From Kiritimatiellia bacterium (GTDB lineage: Bacteria; Verrucomicrobiota; Kiritimatiellia; RFP12; DVOR01): 54,063 nucleotides of DNA. The stretch's first letter is position 1, and every line of letters begins with the position of its first letter. The stretch lies in NCBI GenBank assembly GCA_036651955.1, contig JAVVWU010000006.1, forward strand, positions 1 to 54,063, given 5' to 3'. Below, piece by piece: positions 9,509-19,803 of this stretch. A program made the position numbers and the translations under genes. The notes under the pieces are model-generated. The model saw only the letters and a list, made by a program, of their open reading frames with translations, did no database searches and was not told the DNA's origin.

Positions 9509-9625
9509 GGCGCCGCCGACGCTCTCGGGCGCGCGCCTCCCGCAGTCGTCCGCCGCACCGCTTCGCCCGTGAGGCGGTGCGATATGGTAAAATTCGTTGA
9601 TTGCTTCTAAAGTAAAGGATCGATT

Positions 9626-10951
9626 ATGTCAGAACACATTCGCGTTCGTTTTGCGCCTTCACCTACGGGGAAAGTACATATCGGAAATATTCGTGCCGCC
9701 ATTTTTAATTGGCTGTATGCGCGCCACACCGGTGGTGAGTTTCTGCTGCGCGTGGAAGACACCGATTTGGAACGTTCGACACCGGAAGCCATTCAAACGC
9801 TCTTGGACTGTATGAAGTGGCTGAACCTGACGTGGGATGGCGAGATTATGTATCAGACGGCGCAACGCGCGCACCACCTCGAAGTGGCGCAGCAGTTGCT
9901 CGATAAAGGCTTCGCCTACAAAGACAATAAGGGCGGACAAGGCGAATGTATTATTTTCAGAATGCCGACCGAAGGGGCGATTGAGTACGACGATTTGGTC
10001 AAGGGGCATATGAAGAAGCAGGCGAAAGATACGCAGGACTTTGTCATTGTGCGCAGTGACGGTTCGCCTGTCTTTCACTTGGCGAATGTGCTCGATGATA
10101 TTACGCAAGGCGTGACGCATATTATTCGCGGCGACGACCATGTCGAAAACACCTTTAAGCATATTCAGCTGTTTAAGGCGATCGGTGCGCCCGTGCCGCA
10201 TTATGCGCATTTACCGATGATTGTGAATAATGCCGGCAAGCCTTATTCCAAACGGGACGGTTCGGCGTTCGTCGGCGAATTTCACGAATTGGGCTATTTG
10301 CCCGAAACGCTGTTCAACTATTTGGCACTGTTAGGATGGGCGCCCGGCGATGATCGTGAAATTATGACGCGCGAAGAAATGGTGGAAGCGTTCGCCTTTG
10401 AGAAATGCAAATCGTCCGCCGCGCGGTTTGATATGAAGAAGTTGACGTGGATGAATGGCGAGTATATTGCGCATCAGCCGGCAGCCGATTACGCCCGCGC
10501 CTTGGATGCGCGGTTGACCGCCGCCGCCCTTCCCACGGAGCCGCTCGGTGGCGCGCGTGCCGATCTTTTGAGCCAAATGCAGCCGCGTACCAAAACGTAT
10601 GCCGATCTCCCCGGGAACTTTACCTGTTTCTTTACGGAAGACTATGCGTATGACGAAAAAGCCGTTGCGAAGCGGTTGAAACCGGACGGCGTGGCGGCAT
10701 TGCTCGACGATCTGGCGGAACGTTTCGCGGCGTCACCGTGCTTTGAAGTGGCGCCATTGGAGGCGGAGATCAAGGCGTTGGGCGAAGCCAACGGAAGCGG
10801 TATGGGACCTTTAGTGCATCCGATCCGCGTGGCGGTGTCGGGCGTGATGGAAGGTCCCGGGCTGTTTGAAATGCTCGTTTTGCTCGGACGTGAACGAACC
10901 GTTGCCCGTTTGCACCGCACCGCAACGCGTTTGCGTGAAGGAACGCTTTAA
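9626..10951 (+). CDS. gltX: Glutamate--tRNA ligase
   Basis: RVRFAPSPTG, HIGN, RVEDTD, IIRGDDH, YSKR (KMSKS-like). Confidence 0.96.
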   Translation: MSEHIRVRFAPSPTGKVHIGNIRAAIFNWLYARHTGGEFLLRVEDTDLERSTPEAIQTLLDCMKWLNLTWDGEIMYQTAQRAHHLEVAQQLLDKGFAYKDNKGGQGECIIFRMPTEGAIEYDDLVKGHMKKQAKDTQDFVIVRSDGSPVFHLANVLDDITQGVTHIIRGDDHVENTFKHIQLFKAIGAPVPHYAHLPMIVNNAGKPYSKRDGSAFVGEFHELGYLPETLFNYLALLGWAPGDDREIMTREEMVEAFAFEKCKSSAARFDMKKLTWMNGEYIAHQPAADYARALDARLTAAALPTEPLGGARADLLSQMQPRTKTYADLPGNFTCFFTEDYAYDEKAVAKRLKPDGVAALLDDLAERFAASPCFEVAPLEAEIKALGEANGSGMGPLVHPIRVAVSGVMEGPGLFEMLVLLGRERTVARLHRTATRLREGTL

Positions 10952-10958
10952 GGAGCGC

Positions 10959-11537
10959 ATGAAGATTCTGATTGCTACACGTAATGCCCATAAGCTGACG
11001 GAGATTCGCGCACTGATGCCCGAAATCGATTGGATTGGCACCGACGCCTATCCGGACGTTCCCGATCCAGAGGAAAATGGCGAAACGTTTGAAGCCAATG
11101 CGCGCATTAAAGCGGAGGCGTGGCGCGACGCGACCGGATTGCCGGCGATTGCTGACGATTCGGGATTGTCGGTCGATGCGCTTTTGGGCGCGCCCGGCGT
11201 TTTCTCTGCACGCTATGCCGGCGTTCATGGCGATACGGAGGCGAATAATGCCAAAGTCCTCGCTGAACTTGCCGGCGTCGCACCGGCGCAGCGCAGCGCC
11301 CACTTCGTCTGTGCGCTCGCTTATGCTGTGCCGGGAAAGGTGACACGAACGGTGCGCGGCGAATGTTCGGGAACGCTCTTGGAACAGCCGAGAGGCGCGA
11401 ACGGCTTTGGCTACGATCCGCTGTTTGTTCCAAACGGTTATGAACAGACGTTCGGGGAACTGTCGGCGGACGTTAAAGCGAAATTGTCGCATCGCGCACG
11501 TGCGTTTGCGCAAGCGCGCGACGTATGGTTTCGTTAG
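10959..11537 (+). CDS. rdgB: Non-canonical purine NTP pyrophosphatase (RdgB/HAM1)
   Basis: ATRNAHK, ADDSGL, GAPGVFSARYAG, GFGYDPLF, SHRARA. Confidence 0.95.
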   Translation: MKILIATRNAHKLTEIRALMPEIDWIGTDAYPDVPDPEENGETFEANARIKAEAWRDATGLPAIADDSGLSVDALLGAPGVFSARYAGVHGDTEANNAKVLAELAGVAPAQRSAHFVCALAYAVPGKVTRTVRGECSGTLLEQPRGANGFGYDPLFVPNGYEQTFGELSADVKAKLSHRARAFAQARDVWFR

Positions 11538-11572
11538 GGACGCGCGCACATCTTTTGTTAAACTATTGCCTT

Positions 11573-12268
11573 ATGAAGCGTCCAACACAATTTGATTTTG
11601 CCTACGCCGTTCGGCATACGGAGATTCTCCGTAGCCCGAAGCAACTGTTGGATCCTTTCGATCAAACGGTGATTAACTATACGCTCCTCGCGCAGCCGAT
11701 GGACAATCCGCGGCAAACGCGTATCCGTGAAGGTAAATTGCAAACGCTTCCGCCGCGGCTTTTTCTTCCGGGAGAACTGTCGGTACAGGAATTGGAAGGC
11801 TTCGGTCCTCAATCGCAAAAGTATTTAGAGTTTCTCCACGCCCACGCCGCGTCGATTCGTGTCTTGCGCTATTCGTATCGGTTGCGGCGTGAAACGTTTT
11901 CGGAAACGCTTTTGAATGAACCTTTGGCGGAAGTTCGCGCCCGTGTAGAAAAAGCAACGGCCCTGCGCGCAGATCCGTATGGCGCCTTTGTCGTCGGTGT
12001 CGATGAACCGTGGGATGTCTGTTTATTACATCTCTTTATGCAGCTCGTGCAAGCCTCTGTCCCGAATACGATTCAAGCGCTCGAGGCGCGTTCCAAAGAG
12101 ACGCTCCGCGAAGCGATTCCGACCTCGGCACGTGCCGAAATAGAGGGCGCATTTTTGGCGGCTTCTAAAGATTCGTCCTTGCTCAAACCTTTGGGGAAAT
12201 TACTCAAGGACAAAGGGCTGTTTGAACTGTATCAAGATCGCTTCTTTGCACTCTTTGAAGCGCGTTAG
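11573..12268 (+). CDS. Conserved hypothetical protein
   Basis: Fills the gap between rdgB and rsmI with normal composition. An extended -10 sits just upstream of the ATG. Confidence 0.75.
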   Translation: MKRPTQFDFAYAVRHTEILRSPKQLLDPFDQTVINYTLLAQPMDNPRQTRIREGKLQTLPPRLFLPGELSVQELEGFGPQSQKYLEFLHAHAASIRVLRYSYRLRRETFSETLLNEPLAEVRARVEKATALRADPYGAFVVGVDEPWDVCLLHLFMQLVQASVPNTIQALEARSKETLREAIPTSARAEIEGAFLAASKDSSLLKPLGKLLKDKGLFELYQDRFFALFEAR

Positions 12269-12275
12269 GATTTGA

Positions 12276-13031
12276 ATGCCCATCGATGAAGAACTCCCCA
12301 AGCCTTTAGAACCGCAACTGTATGTAATTGCGACGCCGCTCGGTAATCTCGGCGACTTGACGCCGCGCGCACGGGAGGTGCTGTCGCGCATCTCTGTCAT
12401 CGCCTGTGAAGATACGCGGCGGACGTGGCAATTACTGTCGGCACTGGGCATTCCACGTCCTGAAATGTTTTCCTATCGTCAAGGCAATGAAGCAGGCGTT
12501 TCCAATCGTATCGCCGGCTTTGTCCGTACCGGCACGCCGGTGGCACTCTGCTCGGACGGCGGTTATCCCGGCATTAGTGATCCGGGCTATCGCGTGATTC
12601 GCACCTTTGCCGTCGAAGGACTTCCGTACACGGTGCTGCCGGGGCCGTGCAGCGTTGATTTGGCACTGCTTCTTTCCGGATTGCCGACGTCGAGTTACAC
12701 CTTTAAGGGCTTTCCGCCGCGCAAATCGGGACAGCTTCGGAAGTTCTTTGAACAGGAGAAAACGCTTCCGCATACGTTGATTTGTCTCGAATCGCCGTTT
12801 CGCGTTTCTGCCAGTTTGAAGGTCGCATTGGAAGTTCTCGGAAATCGTGAAGGCGCCGTTTGTCTGGAAATGACAAAATTGCACGAGCGCGTTTTGCGTG
12901 GTACACTTCTGTCCCTCATAGAACAATTAGGATCGCAACCGCCGAAAGGCGAGGTGACATATGTCATTGCCGGTGCGAATCCAAAGTTCGATCATACTCA
13001 CCCTACTGAAGAACCTGACGACCATGATTAA
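12276..13031 (+). CDS. rsmI: 16S rRNA (cytidine1402-2'-O)-methyltransferase
   Basis: LYVIATPLGNLGDLTPRA, ACEDTR, SDGGYPGISDPG, ESPFR, EMTKLHE, KGE. Confidence 0.95.
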   Translation: MPIDEELPKPLEPQLYVIATPLGNLGDLTPRAREVLSRISVIACEDTRRTWQLLSALGIPRPEMFSYRQGNEAGVSNRIAGFVRTGTPVALCSDGGYPGISDPGYRVIRTFAVEGLPYTVLPGPCSVDLALLLSGLPTSSYTFKGFPPRKSGQLRKFFEQEKTLPHTLICLESPFRVSASLKVALEVLGNREGAVCLEMTKLHERVLRGTLLSLIEQLGSQPPKGEVTYVIAGANPKFDHTHPTEEPDDHD

Positions 13032-14094
13032 GTCTCTTTTAATGACCTTCGCCTTCTTCCTTTGTGGAACGCTTCTTGCCGATACCATTACAACGACCGC
13101 CGGCGATACGATCAATGGTACGATTACGCAAATCAAAGGCGGCAAGATTGTCATTACGACGGCATTCGCAGGAGATTTAACGATTGACCGTGAAGTGATT
13201 GCGACGTTCGCCTATGCCGAACCGGGCAAACTTTATGCACGTACCGATGCCTCCAAACGCGAAAAAGAGGAAGTGACGATTTCCAAAGATGCGAGCGGTA
13301 ATTTACTCTTGATTCCTACTGAAAAAACGGCAGAAGCGTTGGCGCTTGACGATGTCTCCACCGTGTGGCTTGCCGATGGCGAAGATCCGGACTTCCCGCC
13401 GATTAAAGAGTGGGCTTACTCGTTTAGTATCGGGCTTTCAGGACATTCGGGCGGTTCGTCGGAAATGAATTTGTCGGCGTATGCCGATGCGGTGCGAACG
13501 ACTGAAAAAGAAACACTCAAGCTGTACGGCTCGATGAAACATACGCGCAGCGATCATGTCGATACGGCACGTCAATATATTGCCGGTCTTGATTTCGAAC
13601 GTCGCCCGTGGGAACATCATTCGTGGTATTTCCGCGATGAAGTGCAGAATAATCGCTTCTCTGATTATAAGCTACACAATGTCGTTGCCGCCGGTTACGG
13701 TTTCTATGTGTGGAAAACCAATACCGATGGACGCGTCTCGATGTTGCGTTTCCGTGCCGGTTTTGCGCAAATGCACATTGAGAAATATTCCAAGAAAAGT
13801 GGCGGCGATAGGAAAAATAAAACCGAAGATGAAACCAACTTGGACTTTGGCATTCTTTACCATTACGATTTTGCCTGTGGCGTAAAGTGGAATACGGAAA
13901 TCACCTATTCGCCCGAAGTCAGCGATTTGGCAAATGGCTACATTGTGCATGAATCAAAAGTCCAGTACACGTTGAACCATTTGTGGAATATCTCCTCCGA
14001 AGCGGGCGTGCGCAATGAATATCAGACGCAAACGGCTCCCGGTGTGGTGCATACCGATACAACGTGGTATGTGCGTCTCAAGAAAGCGTGGTAA
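13024..14094 (+). CDS. DUF481-like outer-membrane beta-barrel protein
   Basis: Signal peptide, ADTITTTAGDTINGTI N-terminal motif, alternating beta strands, C-terminal aromatic W. Confidence 0.7.
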   Translation: MIKSLLMTFAFFLCGTLLADTITTTAGDTINGTITQIKGGKIVITTAFAGDLTIDREVIATFAYAEPGKLYARTDASKREKEEVTISKDASGNLLLIPTEKTAEALALDDVSTVWLADGEDPDFPPIKEWAYSFSIGLSGHSGGSSEMNLSAYADAVRTTEKETLKLYGSMKHTRSDHVDTARQYIAGLDFERRPWEHHSWYFRDEVQNNRFSDYKLHNVVAAGYGFYVWKTNTDGRVSMLRFRAGFAQMHIEKYSKKSGGDRKNKTEDETNLDFGILYHYDFACGVKWNTEITYSPEVSDLANGYIVHESKVQYTLNHLWNISSEAGVRNEYQTQTAPGVVHTDTTWYVRLKKAW

Positions 14095-14097
14095 GGC

Positions 14098-14817
14098 ATG
14101 AACTCCGTTCGACTTGGTGTCAATATCGACCACGCCGCAACGCTTCGTCAAGCGCGCGGCGTTGACTATCCCGATCTGCGCGAAATTGCGCGTCTCGTCG
14201 AAGCTGCCGGAGCGGACGGAATCACGCTTCATCTACGCGAGGATCGTCGCCATATCCAAGACGCCGACGTTTTTACGCTGCGTCAAACGTTGACAACGCA
14301 AATGAATCTTGAAATGGCGAATGCCGCCGACATTGTCCGCATCGCCCTTGACGTTCATCCCGAGGATGTCTGTCTTGTCCCCGAACGTCGTCAAGAGCTG
14401 ACAACCGAAGGCGGACTGGATGCCGTCGCACAGTTTGACGCGCTTCTGCCAACGGTTAAAGCGCTGATGGCGAACGGTACGCGCGTTTCGCTCTTCATTG
14501 CGCCTGTTCAGAAACAGCTTGAAGCGGCGGCGCGTCTCGGTGCGCCGACGGTGGAGCTGCATACCGGCGCTTATGCCAATGCACACGGCGATCAGCGTCA
14601 ACGTGAATTGGACGCGCTTCACGCCGCCGCCGCCTATGGTGCGACGTTGGGACTGCAAGTGAATGCCGGACACGGATTGACCGTTGATAATGTATCGCCA
14701 CTGCTCGACATCCCCAATCTCGACATTCTTAATATTGGTCATAGCATTATGGCACGCGCACTGTTCGTCGGTGTCGCACAAGCTGTCAAAGAAATGCTCG
14801 CCGCGATTCGCCGTTAA
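14098..14817 (+). CDS. pdxJ: Pyridoxine 5'-phosphate synthase
   Basis: LGVNIDHAATLRQAR, HLREDRRHIQ, ELTTEGGLD, ELHTG, NAGHGL, NIGHS. Confidence 0.97.
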   Translation: MNSVRLGVNIDHAATLRQARGVDYPDLREIARLVEAAGADGITLHLREDRRHIQDADVFTLRQTLTTQMNLEMANAADIVRIALDVHPEDVCLVPERRQELTTEGGLDAVAQFDALLPTVKALMANGTRVSLFIAPVQKQLEAAARLGAPTVELHTGAYANAHGDQRQRELDALHAAAAYGATLGLQVNAGHGLTVDNVSPLLDIPNLDILNIGHSIMARALFVGVAQAVKEMLAAIRR

Positions 14818-14856
14818 TTTTCGTCTCAGCCTCCGAACGTGAGGTAAAGGAGCCGC

Positions 14857-16008
14857 ATGCCCGCTTGCCCGATTGGAACGTATGAAATTCTTCACGAAGA
14901 GGCGCACACGGGCGCACGTGTAGGCCGTCTGTGGACAAAGCACGGTCCGGTCGAAACGCCGGTCTTTATGCCGGTCGGTACACAAGCCACCGTTAAAACA
15001 CTGGCTGCCGACGATCTCGAAACGCTCGGCGCCTCCATCATTCTAGGCAATACGTATCATTTGATGTTGCGTCCCGGAATGGAAATTATGGAGCAGCTCG
15101 GCGGACTTCACGCTTTTCAAGATTGGAAGGGGCCGCTCCTCACCGATTCCGGCGGTTTTCAAGTCTTTTCGCTTTCCTCCTTGCGTAAAATTACCGAAGA
15201 CGGCGTTGCGTTCCAATCGCACATTGACGGCAAGCGCCTTTTTATGGGGCCGAAAGAATCAATGGCGGTTCAGCGTGTGCTGGGGTCGGATATCGCGATG
15301 CTCTTTGATGAGTGTATTCCATATCCTTCCGAAGAATCGTATGTGGCACGTTCGGTGGAGCAAACGTTGCGGTGGGCAAAGATTTGCCTTCAACAGCCGC
15401 GTGCGGAAGGGCAACTTTATTTTGGTATTGTCCAAGGTTCCGAATTTGGACATTTGCGTAAACATTGCGCGCTTGAACTCGCCGCGATGCGGAATGACGG
15501 GCTCGACGGTTTTGCCGTCGGCGGCGTCAGTGTCGGTGAACCGGAACCGTTCATCATGAAAGGGATTTCGGACTCTGTTCCTTTTCTGCCGCTTGATCGT
15601 CCGCGTTACGTAATGGGGCTTGGCGACCTGTGGCAAATGACGCAAGCGGTCGGGATGGGCTGCGATATGTTTGACTGTGTCATTCCGACGCGCAATGCGC
15701 GTAACGGTTCCGCCTTTACGAACGATGGCCCTTACCCTGTCAAAGCAGGCGCATGGAAAGCAAGCCCTCTCCCCGTGGAACCGGGCTGCACCTGTCCTTG
15801 CTGTAGCCGTTATTCGCGCGGCTATGTTCGGCACTTGCTCAATACGTCCGAACTCCTTGCATACCGTTTGCTGACGCTTCACAACATTCATTGTTACTTG
15901 CGCTTTATGGAACGAATGCGCGATGCAATCAAGTCCGATTGTTTCACGGAATTTAAGGCGGAAGCCTTTGCGCGTCTTCGGGAATCGCCTAAACGCGGTC
16001 ATTACTAA
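14857..16008 (+). CDS. tgt: tRNA-guanine transglycosylase
   Basis: TPVFMPVGT, NTYHL, TDSGGFQVFSL, DMFDCVIPTR, CTCPCC zinc site. Confidence 0.97.
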   Translation: MPACPIGTYEILHEEAHTGARVGRLWTKHGPVETPVFMPVGTQATVKTLAADDLETLGASIILGNTYHLMLRPGMEIMEQLGGLHAFQDWKGPLLTDSGGFQVFSLSSLRKITEDGVAFQSHIDGKRLFMGPKESMAVQRVLGSDIAMLFDECIPYPSEESYVARSVEQTLRWAKICLQQPRAEGQLYFGIVQGSEFGHLRKHCALELAAMRNDGLDGFAVGGVSVGEPEPFIMKGISDSVPFLPLDRPRYVMGLGDLWQMTQAVGMGCDMFDCVIPTRNARNGSAFTNDGPYPVKAGAWKASPLPVEPGCTCPCCSRYSRGYVRHLLNTSELLAYRLLTLHNIHCYLRFMERMRDAIKSDCFTEFKAEAFARLRESPKRGHY

Positions 16009-16182
16009 TGGCTGTCGCTCGCCGAACTGCTTACTGGTGTATGCCGCTCGGAACACGTGGCGCTTCTCGTTGCGGAAGCATAAAGAATATGGCTTTTTTA
16101 CTTGCGTTAAAGAAGTTGAACGCATATACTATGAATAGTGAAATGGTAAGAGGGCGAAGATCCTACACACAAGGAGCTTAAA

Positions 16183-17025
16183 ATGAAAGCTTGGATGATT
16201 TTTTTAATGGCGGCACTCGTTTCGAGTGGCGTAATGGCGCAAAGAGGCAGCCGGGTGACTTCCGGCGGTGCGGCGAAAAATGCCAAGGCGATGAAAGCCG
16301 AGCAGTACATTCGCATTACAGATGCGACAACGGTCGGTGGCGAGAATGAATATTCTGCCGTGCCGCCGCAGACTGCGGAAGATATTAAGACGAAAGTAAA
16401 ACATCGCGATTCGTGGAAAAAAGACGGTGTCAAAGGTTGGCACTATTTTGATATCGCCTATGAAGTGGCAGATCGTGGCGTTGATGCCTCCGGTAAGCTC
16501 CAGCCGATCTTAGTGCTTCCCGAAGTCGAAATTACCTATGCTTTGTTGTATGACATGAGCCGTTCTAAATTGGCAGGGCAAGTCTTGAAGAATGCGGCGA
16601 AGGCCGGCGGTGCGATTGGCTGGGAAGATGCCAAGGCGCAGCGTTTCGTTTTATTGACGGAGACCGTCACCTATCAGAACATTATTCCGAACCGCGAACA
16701 TTATGCCGCCGTCTGTGTGCCGCCCGCCTTTGTGGTGGCATTTGGCTTGCCCGTTTGTTTTTCCGCCGAAATCAAAGTCAACGGTGTGCGTCAAGGTGAG
16801 ATTATGACGCGGGCATCGAGTGGAACGAAGATTGGCGAAAACGAATTGGCGTCGCTGTTGGTTGAGAAGAGTGAAGGCGGGAAGCCCGTTCCATCCGCGT
16901 GGTGGGAGCGGATTCAAAACCTTTCTTCTGCCGTTGGTAAGCAGATGGGCGTATTGAAAGATCGCAGCGCAACGCCGTTTGCCTTAACCGGTGACTATTA
17001 TTACGATCAAGTGAAGAGCAAGTAA
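16183..17025 (+). CDS. Exported protein, first gene of the pilus-like cluster (Amuc_1102-like position)
   Basis: Signal peptide MKAWMIFLMAALVSSGVMA, beta-rich; ends with a TPF-x5-DYY motif; 11 bp upstream of pilM. Confidence 0.65.
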   Translation: MKAWMIFLMAALVSSGVMAQRGSRVTSGGAAKNAKAMKAEQYIRITDATTVGGENEYSAVPPQTAEDIKTKVKHRDSWKKDGVKGWHYFDIAYEVADRGVDASGKLQPILVLPEVEITYALLYDMSRSKLAGQVLKNAAKAGGAIGWEDAKAQRFVLLTETVTYQNIIPNREHYAAVCVPPAFVVAFGLPVCFSAEIKVNGVRQGEIMTRASSGTKIGENELASLLVEKSEGGKPVPSAWWERIQNLSSAVGKQMGVLKDRSATPFALTGDYYYDQVKSK

Positions 17026-17036
17026 CGGATTTTCTT

Positions 17037-18725
17037 ATGGAACGTATCCTCACACTCAACATTGGTGCGACGCGATTGGCTTTGGCGGAATTTGATGTCC
17101 GTCCGGGGCGTGGTCCGCGGTTGTTGCGTTATGTTTTCGGACCGTTGTCGGAGGGGCTTGATACCGCAGAGGCGTTAGGCGTAGAACTGGAACAGGTCGT
17201 TCGCGGGCTGCTGTCCTCTTCGGGGATTCGTCCGGGGCGTGTGATGGTGGCACTTTCCGGACAGATGGCGTTCCCGCGCTTTGTCAAAGTGTTGGCGGAC
17301 AGTCCAGAGAAAATGCGCGAGCAGATCCGCTTTGAAGTGGAGCAGAACGTTCCCTTCCCACTGAATGAAGCGATTTGGTCCGATGCGATTGTGGGAGCAC
17401 CCGATGTCGGTGGCGAACAGCACGTGATGATTGTCGCGGCGCGCAATGATATTGTGAGCGCCGTCACCAAGGCATTGCTGAATGTCGGGATGGAACCGGA
17501 AGTCGTCGATGTCGCGCCGGTGGCGCTGTATAATGCGGTGCGGTTTAACTATCCCGAAACGGATGATTGCACGCTGGTGATTGATATCGGCGCGAAATGC
17601 ACGAATCTCGTCTTTGTCGAGCAGAACCGTATTTTCTACCGCACCATTCCGGTGGCAGGAAATACGATTACGAGCGAAGTCGCAAAGACGTTCCAGCTGT
17701 CGCAGGAAGACGCAGAAGCGTTTAAGTGCGAGCATGGGCTTGTTGCGCAAGGTGGCGCTTTTGCCGTCGATGATCCAGAGGTGGATCGGTTGGCGAAAGT
17801 CATTCGCAATATTATGACGCGTCTCCACGCGGAAGTCTCGCGGTCGATTTCGTTCTATCGCAGTCAGCAGGAGGGGAAGGCGCCGACGCGTGTCCTTTTG
17901 ACTGGCGCCTCTGCACAGCTTCCGTATATGCAGAACTTCTTTGAAGAAAAGTTGCAGATTGAAGTTGATTTCCTCAATCCGTTCCAGACGGTCGCTTATC
18001 CGGAAAATATTGACACCGATAAATTTGGACGCGATGCGTTCGCACTGTCCGTGTTGGTCGGATTGGCACTGCGGCGCGGATTGACCTGTCCGGTGGAAGT
18101 GAATCTTGTTTCGGAAGAAATCGTTGCGCGTAAAGATTTGCGTAAACGTTTGCCTTTCTTTGCGATTGCGTTGGCAGGGCTGATCTTTATTACGGGGATT
18201 TGGCTGATTTACGTGGGCAATATGCGCAGTCTGTACGAGACGCAGTATGAAGCCACGCAAAGTCGTGTCGATGATTATTTGGAACAGAAAGAACTGTTTG
18301 ACACCGCAGAAGAAAAGGCGCAGCGCGCAGAAGCGCGTGCCAAGGACTATCAAATGCTGTTGGCAAAGCGTTTGGAGTGGACCGAAATGTTGGTCGCCGT
18401 CGATAGTGCTGTGCAAGAAGGAATGTGGGTTACATCGCTTAAAGCGCGTCGCAACGGAGCCGAATTGCAAGGGCTTGATTTGAGCGTGAGCGTTTGGAAA
18501 GATTTGGAGCCACGCTTACTTACTTCCGGAAAAACAATTGACGAAACGGTGGCGGCGCGTCTTGCGGCAACGTCGGTCTTTTCCGATGATGTGCGTAATA
18601 TCCCGATTAGTAAGAAAGATCAGAGTGTTTCGTGGATGACGTCGTTTAATATTACAGCCAAGCTCAAGAGTCTTGATACCGAGAAGCAATCGACACGGTC
18701 AACGCGTGGTCGGAGGGGAGAATAA
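17037..18725 (+). CDS. pilM: Type IV pilus assembly PilM fused to a PilN-like TM/periplasmic part
   Basis: Actin-fold motifs LNIGAT, VIDIGAKCTN, IPVAGNTIT, EVSRSISFY, LLTGASA, VGLALR; then a PilN-like VNL motif, TM helix and coiled coil. Confidence 0.88.
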   Translation: MERILTLNIGATRLALAEFDVRPGRGPRLLRYVFGPLSEGLDTAEALGVELEQVVRGLLSSSGIRPGRVMVALSGQMAFPRFVKVLADSPEKMREQIRFEVEQNVPFPLNEAIWSDAIVGAPDVGGEQHVMIVAARNDIVSAVTKALLNVGMEPEVVDVAPVALYNAVRFNYPETDDCTLVIDIGAKCTNLVFVEQNRIFYRTIPVAGNTITSEVAKTFQLSQEDAEAFKCEHGLVAQGGAFAVDDPEVDRLAKVIRNIMTRLHAEVSRSISFYRSQQEGKAPTRVLLTGASAQLPYMQNFFEEKLQIEVDFLNPFQTVAYPENIDTDKFGRDAFALSVLVGLALRRGLTCPVEVNLVSEEIVARKDLRKRLPFFAIALAGLIFITGIWLIYVGNMRSLYETQYEATQSRVDDYLEQKELFDTAEEKAQRAEARAKDYQMLLAKRLEWTEMLVAVDSAVQEGMWVTSLKARRNGAELQGLDLSVSVWKDLEPRLLTSGKTIDETVAARLAATSVFSDDVRNIPISKKDQSVSWMTSFNITAKLKSLDTEKQSTRSTRGRRGE

Positions 18726-18726
18726 G

Positions 18727-19800
18727 ATGGACTCGAAGCAGAAAATGATTTTTGCCGCGGGCGGCATCCTGTGCGGGCTGATTATTGTCGTCTTGGCAGT
18801 TTTCCTCGTCATTGAATTTGGTGCGATGGGTGCAGCAAAGGAAAATCGCAATCAGGCAGAGGCGTCTCTGACCGGATATTACGACGAGAAGCCTTATCCG
18901 AGCGAGGCGAATCGTAAGCTCCGTTTGGCAGATGTGAAAGTGTACGATGACTGGTCAACAAAAGTCCGTACGCTTTTGACGCATTCGCTGGACGTGACGG
19001 AAGAAACGCCGTCGCAGTTTGTCGATCGTTTGAATCGCACCGTGCGTTCACTCAATGAGCGGACCGATGGCACTTCGAGTTTCGTCGATCTGTCCAAAAA
19101 TCGCGACTCTAAAGCCGACGCCGCGATGGACTACAGCTTTGGACGTTATGTGACGCAAGGCGAGATGCCGAAAGAAGCGGACGTGCCACGTTTGTCGCGT
19201 CAATTTGCCATCATTGCTTACATTAGCAATTTACTGCTGGACAAAGGCGCCATAAGTATTTCAGAAGTTTCGCGTGAAGCCTTTGATCGAGGACAGGTCA
19301 AGACGGAAGAGGCGCCTCGGAGAAGTTCGCGCCGGCGGAGAACCGTAGAAGAAACGGCGCCCGTCGTTGCGGGAGAGACGGAGATTGCTCCTGCGCTTAA
19401 AAAAGATGGCGTGACGTGCGAAAGCTTTACGCTTAAATTCCGTGCACGTTATAACACGGTGGCGCAAATGCTCAATGCCTTAGCGCAAGATGAACTGTTT
19501 ATCGTGGTCACCGATGTTTCAATTATCAACCCTGTTTCGCTCAAGGAACGTGTTCTGGAGATGGGGAAGAAACGGGAAGCCGCACGCACAACGGTGCGTA
19601 ATCGTGCCGCGAAGCGTGGCGAAGCGGTGCGCGAAGAAGCGGAAGCGGCGTTAGGACTTTTCGAAAATGCGACAGCGACGGAACGTTTGGTTACAGATCC
19701 GGCACGTGGCGCACCTTTAGAGGTTATTTTGAAGATCGACGTTTATTCTGCACCGGCACCGGTAACCGTAGAGACTGCTGCCACCAAGGAGGGGGAGTAA
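18727..19800 (+). CDS. PilO-like / Amuc_1100-like pilus system protein
   Basis: N-terminal TM, coiled coil, PYPSEAN, FGRY, ferredoxin-like FTLKFRARYNTVAQMLNAL. Lies directly after pilM. Confidence 0.65.
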   Translation: MDSKQKMIFAAGGILCGLIIVVLAVFLVIEFGAMGAAKENRNQAEASLTGYYDEKPYPSEANRKLRLADVKVYDDWSTKVRTLLTHSLDVTEETPSQFVDRLNRTVRSLNERTDGTSSFVDLSKNRDSKADAAMDYSFGRYVTQGEMPKEADVPRLSRQFAIIAYISNLLLDKGAISISEVSREAFDRGQVKTEEAPRRSSRRRRTVEETAPVVAGETEIAPALKKDGVTCESFTLKFRARYNTVAQMLNALAQDELFIVVTDVSIINPVSLKERVLEMGKKREAARTTVRNRAAKRGEAVREEAEAALGLFENATATERLVTDPARGAPLEVILKIDVYSAPAPVTVETAATKEGE

Positions 19801-19803
19801 GCC